Under the pieces are notes generated by a model. That model saw nothing but the letters and a program-made list of their open reading frames with translations, was not told where the DNA came from and ran no database searches. DNA of 64,000 nt from Alphaproteobacteria bacterium (GTDB taxonomy: Bacteria; Pseudomonadota; Alphaproteobacteria; Bin95): positions 239,835 to 303,834 of the forward strand of contig CBDBCB010000022.1 of assembly GCA_965202745.1 (NCBI GenBank), given 5' to 3'. The position numbers and the translations under genes were made by a program. This document shows, piece by piece, positions 30,594 to 41,307 of the stretch (within the stretch, counting starts at the first letter, position 1; each line of letters starts with the position of its first letter).

Positions 30594-30745
30594 TTCCCTG
30601 CTCTCACTTATCGATAGGCCGATTTCTCCAATAGTGTCTGCGCCTTGACTGAAAGTGGCAATATCTTGCGGCCTGTGTCGTTCCGTCCGGCGCGATGAGC
30701 GTCACCTTGATCTCAATATCCATGTCTTTTCCTGCCTGCTCGTTC

Positions 30746-31327
30746 TTATGTCGTCTGCGCATCTCGGGCGCGCATAATGGTCTGCCGACTGGTGCCCATG
30801 TCGCGTGCGATGGCCGAGACGGTTTCGCCCGCCGCGATCCGTTCGCGTACCTGGGCTTGCTGATCCGCTGTCAGCGTCGCCGGTCGCCCGAGCGGTTTGC
30901 CCTGCGCTTTGGCGCGGGCAAGGCCCGACTGGGTGCGCTCGATCAGCAGGTCGCGCTCAAACTGCGCGACCGCGTTGATCACCCCCATGGTCAGTTTGCC
31001 CGCCGAGCTGGTCAGATCGATACCCCCGATCGCGAGGCAATGCATGCGGATGCCCATCTCCTCAAGCTTGGCCACAGTGGTGCAGACATCGATGGTGTCC
31101 CGGCCGAGGCGATCTAGTTTGGTCACGATCAGCACATCGCCCCGCTCCATCTTGTCGAGTAAGCGGCAGAACCCCTTGCGCCGGGCGATGGCCACAGAAC
31201 CGGACACCGTTTCCGTGGCAACACGGTGCGGCTCCACCCTGAAACCCGCCGTTTCGATCTCTTGAAGCTGGTTTTCCGGGGTCTGCTCTGTGGTTGAGAC
31301 CCGGGCATAGGCAAAGGTTCTGGACAT
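30746..31327 (-). CDS. serine recombinase (resolvase/DNA invertase family)
   Basis: 'MSRTFAYARVSTTEQTPENQ...' carries the catalytic Ser in an 'ARVST' context. 'GDVLIVTKLDRLGRD' and a C-terminal HTH 'GETVSAIARDMGTSRQTIMR' are also present. Confidence 0.8.
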   Translation of the reverse strand: MSRTFAYARVSTTEQTPENQLQEIETAGFRVEPHRVATETVSGSVAIARRKGFCRLLDKMERGDVLIVTKLDRLGRDTIDVCTTVAKLEEMGIRMHCLAIGGIDLTSSAGKLTMGVINAVAQFERDLLIERTQSGLARAKAQGKPLGRPATLTADQQAQVRERIAAGETVSAIARDMGTSRQTIMRARDAQTT

Positions 31328-31419
31328 AGACGCACTCTGTAAAGAAATCGGTGTCCAGAACAATAAATGTGTTCAATATAACGTCAATGTAACTTTAGGA
31401 CATGCACGGAGCGTATGTT

Positions 31420-32037
31420 CTAAAACGGTCCTTTCTGAACACCCCTACCACGGCGCATCAGGTCACGGTGATCGCCCGCCCGAAATCGCTTGTTTACATC
31501 GCCACGCGAGAACTTCCTTTCCACGAAGGGTTTGCGGGCCGCTATCCGTGCCATTGCAGCTTCAACGTCATCGGACATGAAATCGGACACTTGTTGTCGG
31601 TCGGGAGCATCCGCTGCAACAACGTCTTCGAGAAAGCCGATCATGATATCCATGTCCCTCCAAGCATCGTAGCTCTCCGTTTCATCCCGGCGCTCAAGAT
31701 ATCCGTATGGGCCGCCGCAATCTTCCGGCAAACAAGCACCCGAACCGCCGATGCCGACAGGATAAGAGTTCTTCTGTGGGGGGTTGATCGCCTCAATCCG
31801 GATCTCGTGCTCCCAGTGATCGCCCATGTCGTAGATGTACGAAAATCGTTCAGTCTCCCGAAAACCGAATTCCTGCAGTGACACATCCGGGTTCGCTGCA
31901 TGTAATTCAAAAGAACCATATCGCACCGCGTAAATGTCAAAGAAAAACAGATGAATGCCTTCCCAGCCCATAGCCCCCTGCAGGACGCCGTTCCGGCAGC
32001 GCAGGGTCGTCGAAGCCGGTATCAGAACACGCCGCAC
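31420..32037 (-). CDS. plasmid pRiA4b ORF-3-like protein
   Basis: 'FSYIYDMGDHWEHEIRIE' matches the PRiA4_ORF3 family core (YxYDFGDxWxHxI). Confidence 0.5.
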   Translation of the reverse strand: MRRVLIPASTTLRCRNGVLQGAMGWEGIHLFFFDIYAVRYGSFELHAANPDVSLQEFGFRETERFSYIYDMGDHWEHEIRIEAINPPQKNSYPVGIGGSGACLPEDCGGPYGYLERRDETESYDAWRDMDIMIGFLEDVVAADAPDRQQVSDFMSDDVEAAMARIAARKPFVERKFSRGDVNKRFRAGDHRDLMRRGRGVQKGPF

Positions 32038-32559
32038 ACTTTGTGGTACTCTCAGATGGCAGCGGCGTGATGTTCAACTCACGCGGCCAAATCCGAGGCC
32101 GGTAAATGGGAGGTGTAGGAAGTTGATGACTTGAATGATCGAATAGATCTGGAGCGGGGAAACCAGCAGTCCCCTTAGAGCATAGCGGCTCGCAGGGTAG
32201 ATTTGGACCTGGTCTGCTGATCTCCATACCGGCCAGCGGACATAAAAGTGCCACACATAAAGGCCTGATAGAAGACTGCACTCGATCTCACCCACCCAAG
32301 TCAGAAACATCTTGCATCAGCGGCGGCAACCATAGAAGGGGATCACCGTCAGGTGGTGCCCGCACTGGCTAGGTGGTGACACCGCCCACCTTGAGGTTGT
32401 GACGGCTGACCGTTCACCGCATCCGATATCCGAGACTGGATATCGGTCCTACTTCTGTCCGCGTGAGCTGGTGGAAGATGCTGGTGGCCCGGTGGCTTTT
32501 GTTACGACCTGGCTGGAGACAAAGGATGACGGTAAACCCGTTCAACTTTCGCTCCTACG

Positions 32560-33815
32560 AGAACGAAAGAGTGGACCTGTCACGCTTTTGTGCCGCCCCA
32601 AGTGCTCGTTTAAGCCACCTTTCGTTCGAAGGCGACGGGGCTTTTCCAAGCCAGTGCTTTGTGACGGCGGCGCGGATTGTAGAAGCCGTTGATGTACTCG
32701 AAGATTGCCATCTCAGCTTGCCGCCTTGTTTCCCAGGACCGTCGCCAGATCAGCTCTGCCTTGATGGTTTTGAAGAAGGTTTCGACAGCGGCGTTGTCGT
32801 AGCAGTTTCCCCTTCCACTCATCGATACCTTGAACCCATGCTGGCGCAGGATCTTCTGGTAGTCGTGAGAACAATATTGGCTGCCACGGTCTGTATGATG
32901 GATGCAGCCCTTCGGTGGTGCCCGGAAGGCAATGGCCATATTTAGCGCTCTGATGGCCAAGTCGCGTTTCATCCGGTTACTGACGGCCCAGCCGATGACG
33001 CGCCGGGAATGCAGGTCCAGGATCACTGCCAGATACAGCCATCCCTCCCGCGTCCAAACATAACTGATGTCGCCCGCCCATTTCTGGTTGGGCTTGCCCG
33101 CTGTGAAGTCCCGATTCAGCAAATTCGGTGAGATGTTGAACTTGTGATCGCTGTCTGTCGTCACTTTGTGCTTGCGTGTTCTAACAACAGATATGCCGTT
33201 CTGGCGCATCAACCTGCCAACACGGCGGTGGCCAACATCCAAGCCGATCTCCTTTAGCTCCTCGGTCATTCTTGGCCGACCATACCGGCCCAGGCTGAGA
33301 CGCGACTGCTCTCTGATGTGCGCCAACGTCACCATATCAGACCGCTGTCTGCGGCTGGCCGGACGGGTGCGGAAAGCCCGCAATCCGCGCGGGCTGACAC
33401 CGACAACATGGCATAAGCGTTTGGCTGGAAAGCTGTCACGGGGCTCTTCGATGAACCTAAACCTCATTGCTTTAGGCCCGCGAAGAACTGGGTGGCCTTT
33501 TTTAGGATGTCCCTCTCCTCCTTCAGGAGCCGGTTCTCCCGCCGAAGCCGGTCATTCTCTTTGGCGAGGCTCAAATCCTCTTTGGAAACCACGTCTGTGT
33601 CTCGATGCGCGGTGATCCATTTGTTCAGTGTTGACATGCCAACACCTAGATCGTCGGCCACTTGCTTACGCGTTAGCCCGCTTGTCAGCGCGATCCGCAC
33701 CGCATCCTGGCGAAAGTCGTCTGTCCGTTTCAGTCCCATAGTCAGTCTCCTTTGTTGCAGTAAATGCTATCAAAGGAGCGGCATCAAACCGCGACAGGTC
33801 CACCGCATTTCACCA
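32560..33815 (-). mobile_element. IS3-family insertion sequence (orfA 33464..33739, orfB 32610..33467)
   Basis: OrfA HTH 'LTRKQVADDLGVGMSTLNKWI' plus leucine zipper. OrfB rve core '...HTDRGSQYCSHDYQKILRQHGFKVSMSGRGNCYDNAAVETFFKTIKAEL'. A6G slippery motif at the orfA/orfB overlap (RC of 33460-33470 'ctaaaaaagg'). Terminal IRs contain 'gtggacctgtcgcggtttgatgccgc' and 'gtggacctgtcacgcttttgtgccgc'. Confidence 0.7.
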
Positions 33816-33950
33816 ATGGAACGAATGCGCCATCGAACTGGCCGCTTGAAGAGCCTCAAGTCGGCAGTTTCTTAGGCGCTGAAAACAACGTGACAATGCC
33901 CTTGAGACAGATGCTCGGGAAGTTGAGCCAAATATCCGGGAGGCCGTCTG

Positions 33951-34349
33951 ATGGCAAAAGAAGGCGGCATCCGTAGCGCATTCGATGATGATGACGGCGA
34001 TGATCTCCTCGTCAGTTTTGCACTAAAGCCAGCAGTTGCGCCGTCACTGGCACAAGACGCTAAAGCCGTTCAAGCGGTCGAAAGGGTTGCCGAGAAGCGT
34101 GGATTTCAGAAACGCGCAAAGCCCAAAAAAGGCGTTATGCGCCGATCACAGTTCTATCAGACAGGCCGCAATGCTCAGATCGCCATGAAGGGCAGGGCAG
34201 AAGACAAGGAACGCATCGCCTCTATTTGTGACCGGCAAGACTGGGTGCAAGGGCAGCTCATTCAGTATGCGCTTGATGCTTTGCAAGAGAAGTTGGCCGA
34301 TTCTGCGGACCCGTTCTGGTCAAATCGTAGCTTTGAGGGCGTTGATTAG
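33951..34349 (+). CDS. hypothetical plasmid-like protein (possible C-terminal RHH/ParG-like DNA-binding domain)
   Basis: 132-aa ORF with an acidic N-terminus (DDDDGDD) and 'RRSQFYQTGRNAQIAMKGRAEDKERIASICD'. Call is tentative. Confidence 0.3.
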   Translation: MAKEGGIRSAFDDDDGDDLLVSFALKPAVAPSLAQDAKAVQAVERVAEKRGFQKRAKPKKGVMRRSQFYQTGRNAQIAMKGRAEDKERIASICDRQDWVQGQLIQYALDALQEKLADSADPFWSNRSFEGVD

Positions 34350-34573
34350 AAGCGCCCGCCCCGTGCGCTTCCGTTTTTTTTCACATACCATTTCACGAAG
34401 CCGATGAACGACCCCTCAGGGTTCTCAGGAACTTCACTCTTGTTCGCCAGCATATCACGCCACTGATCTTCGAGTGCATAGGTGTCCCAGCCTCCTGCGT
34501 GTTTCTTAGCAGCTTCGTGGATGCCTTCCCGTAGTCTCACGTTGAAGCGCCCTTTGTCGACGCCTCGGCCCAC
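34346..34573 (-). CDS. small Arc/CopG-like (RHH) hypothetical protein
   Basis: 'KGRFNVRLREGIHEAAKKHA' is a ribbon-helix-helix-like N-terminus. 75 aa. Confidence 0.3.
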   Translation of the reverse strand: MGRGVDKGRFNVRLREGIHEAAKKHAGGWDTYALEDQWRDMLANKSEVPENPEGSFIGFVKWYVKKNGSARGGRF

Positions 34574-34599
34574 GTCTGTTAGCTCGACATCTGCTTGCT

Positions 34600-35340
34600 C
34601 GCCGATCTCATCCTCGAAGTCTGTGTAGACGATTTTTCATTCGGCGGGTTTAATCAATTGCATAAGGTCTCGAAGATCGCGGCGAACCTGTTCCAGGATT
34701 TCGACAGTGATATCCGTCCAGAAATCGTCTTTTTGAACTTCGAGGATGAGTTCCAGTTTGGCATTGACCATCGGGATGTTGGACAGACTTTCAAGGTCGA
34801 ATGCCAGCCACCGAATTTTATCCTGGTATCGGGAAAAAGTGGAGTCGCTTTCAAGCAGCTTCAATTGCGCGTGCAGGATCAAATAGATCAAATTGCCTTG
34901 CTGGCAGCGCGCCGTCCTCAAAAGCCGAGGGTAGCCCAGCAATTTCTTCGACCAAGGCTTGTCGATCTTCAGGAGAAACATCTTCCCAGGACTTCACTTC
35001 CTGGAATTTCTCGACTGTCTTACGTCTGGGCCGGACAATGAAGTTGTCGACGTTCATCCCGGCGACTTCTTCATGAAGCCTAGATTTCACGGACTGGGTC
35101 AGGTCAAAATTATCTTCGTCTGCACCAGCTAAGTGCCCAAGCAACTCAACCCGTGTGGCAAAAAGGCGCTCGCCGATTGAAGCACCCGTCGCACCATCAG
35201 TTACGTTAGGGTTCTGATTGAAAAATTCGAAATTTTGGCAGAAATCGAAGATCAGAAAGTGATCCTTGTTCTCTCCCGGACCGAACAGGCCCGGTCGCAA
35301 GCGCGTGCCACGACCGATCATCTGCCAAAACTTGGTCTTC
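34600..35340 (-). pseudogene. hsdR: type I restriction enzyme HsdR, C-terminal fragment with +1 T insertion
   Basis: Helicase motif VI 'WQMIGRGTRL' and C-terminal 'LILHAQLKLLESDSTFSRYQDKIRWLAFDLESLSNIPMVNAKLELILEVQKDDFWTDITVEILEQVRRDLRDL'. Frames switch after 'FDL', where 'ctatttgatcc' is seen instead of an expected 'ctattgatcc'. The upstream part was replaced by the IS21 copy B end. Confidence 0.7.
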
Positions 35341-35344
35341 GGCA

Positions 35345-37851
35345 GTGAACGGCGGAGCAATACTCGGCCACGGTAGCGGCAGCGTTGTGTTGTCGCGGGC
35401 GGCGTAAAAGTCGGCCACTTTTGTCCTTTCAATTAATGGGAGGGCTTGGGGATATTCACCGTGGAATTGTATTTGAAGGTTCGCCACGCTCACTTTGAGG
35501 AAGGTTTGAGGGGGCGTCAGATTGCGCGGGATTTTGGGATCAGCCGGGACAGTGTTTCAAAGATGTTGGCGTATTCTGAGCCGCCTGGTTATCGGCGTAC
35601 GGCACCGATCAAACGACCAAAGCTTGATCCTTATACCGAGCAGAGTGACCAGTGGTTGGCGGAAGACAAGGCCCGGCCTCGCAAACAGCGCCACACAGCC
35701 AACCGTATCTTTGAGCGGCTACGCGACGAATGCGCATTTGATGGTGGCTACACGATTGTCAAAGACTATGTGCGTTCGCCAAAGCGTGGCTCACGGGAGA
35801 TGTTTGTGCCCTTGAGCCATCCCCCAGGGCATGGGCAGGCGGACTTTGGCGAAGCGTTGGTTGGTATCGGCGGGGTTGAGCAGAAGGCCTACTTCTTTGC
35901 CCTTGATCTGCCGCATAGCGATGCGTGCTACATCCGCGCGTATCCTGCGGCGAACACTGAAGCCTGGCTTGATGGGCATGTGCCCGCCTTTGCCTTCTTC
36001 GGCGCTGTACCGCGCTCAATCCTTTACGATAAGGATCGCTGCCTTGTGGCCAAGATCATGCCAGATGGCACCCGCAATCGTACGCAGCGGTTCCGTGCGA
36101 TGCTATCTCACTACGTGATTGGGGAGAGGTATGGTCGCCCCGGCAAGGGCAACGATAAAGGCAAGGGTGAGGGGCTGGTTGGTTACGGGCGTCGCAACTT
36201 CATGGTTCCAATGCCGCGGTTCGCGAACTGGGATGCGTTCAACGACTATCTTGAAGAACAATGCCGCAAACGGCAGGCTGACATTCTGCGTGGCCACAAG
36301 ATCAGCATCGGTGAACGACTGGGCGCTGATCTGGCGGCGATGCGCACCCTGCCAGCCGCGCCCTTTGAAGCTTGTGATCTGCAGAGCGGCTAGGTCACAT
36401 CAACATCCCAAGGACGATTGCGTGGCAACGATTACTCAGGGCCGGTTGCCTATGGCCACCGCGAGGGTTGGATCATTGGATCAAGGGCTTCGGTGACCGC
36501 GTCGTCATCGGGTGCGCCACCGAAGTCATCGCGGACCATCCCCGCTGCTATGACACGGGCGACATGATGTTCGATCCGGTACACTACCTGCCTCTCATCG
36601 AGCGCAAGATCATGTCCTTTGATCCAGCCACGCCATTGCAAGGCTGGGACTTGCCTGACGCGTTCCAAACCCTCCAACGATTATTGGAAGCCCGGCAGGG
36701 CAAGGCCGGAAAGCGGGAATATGTTCAGGTACTGCGGCGGCTGGAGCGCTTTGAGCTGGAGGTTTTGCATCTGGCAATCAAAGACGCACTGCAGATGAGG
36801 GCGGTCAGCTTTGACGCAATCAAACACTTATTGCTTTGCCGGGTCGAGAGACGACCACCGAGACTGGATCTGGATGTTTACCCGTTCCTGCCCAGAACCA
36901 ATATCGCAACAAGGGCGGCATCATCCTACATGAGCTTGCTGGCGGGAGATAGCGCATGAGCGATGCTCCAGAACTGCTTTTGGCGAACCACCTCAAACCT
37001 CTGCGCTTGCCAACCTTCTTGCGCGCGCATGATAAGCAGGCCCGCATCTGCGCCGCCGAAGGTGTAGATCATGGGCGCTATCTGGCGCGGTTGACGGAAT
37101 TGGAACTGATCGACCGTGAACGGCGTATGGTTGAGCGCCGGATCAAATCGGCAAAGTTCCCGGCCGTCAAAAGCCTTGATAGCTTCGACTTCAAAGCGAT
37201 CCCCAGCCTGAACAAGATGATGGTGCTGGCACTGGCGCGCGGCGAATGGATCGAGCGCAAGGAGAACGTCATCGCTCTTGGCCCGTCAGGAACCGGCAAA
37301 ACCCCCGTCGCCCTCGGGCTGGGTCTGGCCGCCTGCCAGAAGGGTATGCCGGTCAGCTTCGTCACTGCCGCCTCTCTCGTGCATGAGTTGATGGAAGCCA
37401 GAGATGAGAAACGCCTGCTGCGATTGCAACGCCAATTGGCCAAGGTCAAGCTGCTGATCATTGATGAATTGGGGTTCGTGCCGCTGAGCAAAACCGGGGC
37501 AGAACTGTTGTTCGAACTGATATCGCAGCGTTACGAGCGCGGCTCAACACTGATCACCAGTAATCTGCCGTTCGAGGAATGGACAGAACCCTTCGGCACA
37601 GAACGCCTGACAGGTGCCTTGCTGGACCGGCTGACCCATCATGGGAATATCCTGGAGATGAATGGCGAAAGTTACCGCCTCAACCAAAGCAAATCCCGCC
37701 GCCCCAGAAGCTAATCATCATCTGATTGGCCTAACGGCCAACGCGCCTCGGAACGTGCTTGCTATTTGAGGGCATCACGCCACAAGGCGCGGTGCCAAGG
37801 GGCCGACTTTTGCGCCGCCCCAGTGGCAGGTTTTTACGCCGCCGTTGACAG
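35345..37851 (+). mobile_element. IS21-family element copy B (complete ends; istA defective, istB intact)
   Basis: Left end is identical to 21350-. istA 35446..36959 carries the same TAG and 8-bp duplication as copy A. istB 36956..37714 is intact. Right-end repeats 'ggccgacttttgcgccgcc...cgccgccgttgac' at 37798-37851 mirror the left end. Confidence 0.75.
36956..37714 (+). CDS. istB: IS21 helper ATPase IstB
   Basis: 252 aa with Walker A 'GPSGTGKTP' and 'DELGFVPLSKTGAELLFELISQRYERGS'. ATGA overlap with the istA stop. Confidence 0.8.
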   Translation: MSDAPELLLANHLKPLRLPTFLRAHDKQARICAAEGVDHGRYLARLTELELIDRERRMVERRIKSAKFPAVKSLDSFDFKAIPSLNKMMVLALARGEWIERKENVIALGPSGTGKTPVALGLGLAACQKGMPVSFVTAASLVHELMEARDEKRLLRLQRQLAKVKLLIIDELGFVPLSKTGAELLFELISQRYERGSTLITSNLPFEEWTEPFGTERLTGALLDRLTHHGNILEMNGESYRLNQSKSRRPRS

Positions 37852-37855
37852 GCGG

Positions 37856-38393
37856 CCATGGCGACGACGAAATCCTGGAGTTCGGCGCGCGGCACCACGT
37901 GGTTGACCATGCCGAGGCGGTAGGCCTCGTCAGCAGAGAACTGGTCGCCGGTGAACAGCAGCTCCTTGGCCTTGCGGTAGCCCAGTTCGTGCGGATGGGC
38001 GAACCACTCGACGCCACAAACGCCCATGGCAACGACTGGGTCGCAGAATTGTGCGTCGTCGCTGGCGACAATCAGGTCACAAATCCAAGCGAGCATCAGG
38101 CCGCCCGCGATGCACTTGCCCTGCACGGCGGCGATAGTGGGCTTTGGCAGGTCGCGCCAGCGCTGGGAAACATCGAGATAGATTTCATGCTCGCGCGAGA
38201 GGCGGCCTTCCGCGCTGGGCGCTGCGTGACCGCCCCAGGTGGAGATGGGAGAGAAGTTGTCCAAGGTCTTGCCTGCCTTGCCGCGCAGGTCGTGACCAGA
38301 GGAGAAATGCGGATCGCTGCCGGCCAGGATGATGACCTTGGTCTCCGCATCATGCGCGCCGAAGCCAAAGGCATCGTTCAGGTCGTAGGTCAT
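37856..38393 (-). pseudogene. enoyl-CoA hydratase/isomerase (crotonase) family fragment, truncated at both ends
   Basis: 'KVIILAGSDPHFSSGHDL', 'IAAVQGKCIAGGLMLAWICDLIVASDDAQF' and '...LQDFVVAMAA|' followed directly by the IS21 right-end repeat. The N-terminal ~40 aa are missing. Confidence 0.6.
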
Positions 38394-38399
38394 TTGCAG

Positions 38400-39153
38400 G
38401 TCCTGCGCGTTCCGGGCATATAGTCAGAAGGGCGGTCATTACTTGGGCTCCTATAGCGTAAACTATTTGCCGGGTAAGATGCTCTAAGGCTTCATTGACC
38501 CTTCGGATTGCGCGGGTCTGGGCGATGTTTTTATCGACATCATCCAGAACCTGCCGCGTGCCGCGCCGCTGGTGCAGCAGGACCAGTTCGTCCTTTTTCA
38601 GAAAATCGGAGACCCCGCGCGGCGGATACATCTGGTCGTCCCACAACCAATGCTCATAGCCATTGGTGCAGAAGATCACCGGACGCCGCCCGTGCATCTT
38701 TTCCAGGCGATCCGCGTAGAGCTTTGCCTATTGCTGACCGACGCGCGCGTCCTTCTTGGTGTGCTTGGCCTCAACAACCGCCAGAGGTTTCCCGTCATCG
38801 CCCCAAAGGACGTAATCGGCGAAACCTTCGCCCGTTTGATTGGGCATGCCCTTGACCGGATACTCCCGGTCTCGAGGTTGATCGAGAGGCCAGCCTGCTT
38901 CGGCCAAGAGCAAGTCGATGAAGGCGTTCCGCGTCGCGGCTTCGTCGTAGTCGTGATTGTCGGGAACGGCTTCGTTGGCCTTGCGGGCTGCGGCAACTTC
39001 GGACTGAAGGCGGGCGATCTCGGCCTCAAGTGCTGCGCGTCCTTCTTCCGAGGCCATCCGTGCCTCTTCGGCTTCTTTCTGTGCCTTCATGGCAGCATCG
39101 TGGTTTGACCGAAGCGATTTGATCTGTTCGACCGTCGAGGCGGAGATCGTCAT
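38400..39153 (-). pseudogene. hsdR: type I restriction enzyme HsdR, N-terminal fragment with in-frame TAG
   Basis: '[70 protein letters not shown]...' with TAG as RC of 38728-38730. Homologs read QQQAKLYAD at this point. Confidence 0.7.
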
Positions 39154-39285
39154 CGTCTTTTCGAGCCTTGTCGCGTCAATGCTCAGACCGGCATCGGGGC
39201 GGGCGGCGCGGCTTGCTCGGCCTTCCTGGCGTGGCCAAGAAGATCAGGGAAGTCGGTCGAGAGGAAAGCGAATTGGGTCATGGCG

Positions 39286-39990
39286 TCAATCTGAATATAT
39301 CGCGTCTGAATCGATGGAATTGGTGAGATATGGAGTTATTCCGGCCAACACGACTGTGATCTCGATCAGGTCGCGCATATCAATTTCGCGCAGTTGATTG
39401 GCTGGGGTGCCGCCGTGCCTGATCCCTGGGTAATCGGAAGCGAAGCCATAGATATTCTTTGCCGCTTCTTTGACTTTTTCATGCGGCCAGCTTTGCGTTT
39501 GAGCACACATTGCGCCGAAGGTGTTCGTTGTGACGTTCGGGTGCTGGCGCAGGATGGCTTCCAACAAATTGAACTGTGCCGCGATGCACTGTTTGACCTT
39601 GCGGGATGAGCGATCGATTTTCAGATCGCGCACCGTCTCCTCGAAGTCCTGCATCAAAGTCGCCAGAATTGCATCATTGGAGGTGGCCGCGCGAAGATCA
39701 CGCATCAGCCTGGCGAAAATTCCAGGCAGTGTTGGGGGCAGGCTGAAGGGGCGGCGCAGGTCGTAGCGCAGGCTGTATTTATCGAGGAAATCGCGGATCA
39801 GCTTGAAATAGCAGTTCGTCAGGGCGTCGCTGCCGAATTCCTCGATCACTGTATGAGCGCGTTCGAGGAATTCGAGAACGGCAACTTCACCCGCTAAGGC
39901 CACTGCTTTCGTGTCGCGAAAGGCGACTCGGGCCTGTTCCTGATCATCGACGAAGTCGGCGAGTTCGGTGGCAGGATCAAGCGGGGCCAC
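39286..39990 (-). CDS. hypothetical protein (234 aa) embedded in the type I RM locus
   Basis: Intact ORF between hsdS and the hsdR N-fragment, on the same strand. No recognisable motifs. Confidence 0.45.
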   Translation of the reverse strand: MAPLDPATELADFVDDQEQARVAFRDTKAVALAGEVAVLEFLERAHTVIEEFGSDALTNCYFKLIRDFLDKYSLRYDLRRPFSLPPTLPGIFARLMRDLRAATSNDAILATLMQDFEETVRDLKIDRSSRKVKQCIAAQFNLLEAILRQHPNVTTNTFGAMCAQTQSWPHEKVKEAAKNIYGFASDYPGIRHGGTPANQLREIDMRDLIEITVVLAGITPYLTNSIDSDAIYSD

Positions 39991-40068
39991 CCGAGCCGTG
40001 TTTAGTTGTAAAACACACGACTTGATCTGACATTTCTGCTCTTATGGAGCTTAATCAAGGAGTGTCGA

Positions 40069-41155
40069 TCAATGACAAGCATTCAAGAGAAGATCATCAA
40101 ACCAAAGCTGGGACTGCTGGAGCTGGCCAAACAGCTCGGCAGTGTCAGTCAGGCCTGCAAAGTGATGGGATAGTCGCGGGACAGCTTTTATCGGTTCAAA
40201 GAACTTTACGACCAAGGCGGCGAAGAGGCCCTGATGGATCTCAGCCGCCGCAAGCCTGTGATGAAGAACCGTGTGCCAGAGCCTGTCGAAAAGGCGGTGA
40301 TTGAATTGGCCATAGACAACCCGGCTCTGGGGCAGAAACGGGCGTCGTGGGAGCGGCAAAAGAAAGGGATCATGGTGTCGTCGTCAGGCGTGCGGTCGAT
40401 CTGGCGGCGCAATGATCTGGAAACCATGAAGAAGCGGCTCAAGGCCTTGGAAGCCCGCGCCGCGCTGGACGGCATCCTGCTGACCGAGGACCAGATGGCC
40501 GCCCTGGAAAAAGCCAAGGCCAGGAAAGAGGCGCACGGCGAAATCGCGCGCCACCACCCTGACTATCTGGGCAGTCAGGACACCTATTATGGAGGCACAA
40601 TGAAGGGTGTGGGGCGGATAGATCAACAGACGTTTGTCGACACATATGCCCGCGTGGCGGTTTGCAAACTCTATACCGAAAAGACCGCCATCACCGCCGC
40701 TGATCTACTCAACGACCGCGTGATCCCTTATCTTTGCCGCACACAAGATCAGCCTGCTGCGCGTGCTGACGGACCGAGGCACGGAATATTGCGGCAAGGT
40801 CGAGAACCACGCCTACCAGCTCTATTGGGCGATCGAGGACATAGACCACACCCGCACCAAGGCCAATTCCCCGCAAACGAATGGCATCTGTGAGCGGTTC
40901 CACCGAACCATCAAGGATGAGTTCTACGACATCGCGTTCCGCAAGAAGCTGTATCGGTCTGTTGAGGAACTACAGGTTGATCGGGACGCGTGGCTCGCCA
41001 AGTACAACGAACAGCGGCCTCCTTCCGGGCGGCACTGCTATGGTAAAACACCGATGCAACCCTTCCGCGAAACGTTACCCATCGCTGTAGACAAGACGAT
41101 CCGGGCGCTCGACCAATCGGACAATGCACAACCCATTCTCAGCAACGCAAGCTGA
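40069..41155 (+). pseudogene. IS481-family transposase with in-frame TAG and a frameshift
   Basis: 'MTSIQEKIIKPKLGLLELAKQLGSVSQACKVMG*SRDSFYRFKELYD' (TAG at 40171-40173; Tyr expected). Then '...HPDYLGSQDTYYGGTMKGVGRIDQQTFVDTYARVAVCKLY', a frame change near 40745, and '...RVLTDRGTEYCG...SPQTNGICERFHRTIKDEF'. Confidence 0.7.
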
Positions 41156-41307
41156 GTTGTCCGTCAGATCAAGTCTGAAGTTTTACAGTTTTAGTTCACG
41201 AAAAAGTTCGCAAAAAATGTCGTTCGGAGCTTCCTTGTGGTCAGCAAGCTTCTTCCAGACTTGCCTCCACATCTCCGACCAGACACCTATCAGCTCGCCA
41301 CGCATAT

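Noticed and set aside
6085-40173. Stop-codon reassignment or amber suppression as an explanation for the many in-frame TAGs
   Set aside because: TAG also terminates intact core genes (for example plsC at 2123-2125). All three stop codons (TAG, TAA, TGA) occur as premature stops. The interrupted positions correspond to different amino acids (Q, Y, R). The lesions are confined to the island.
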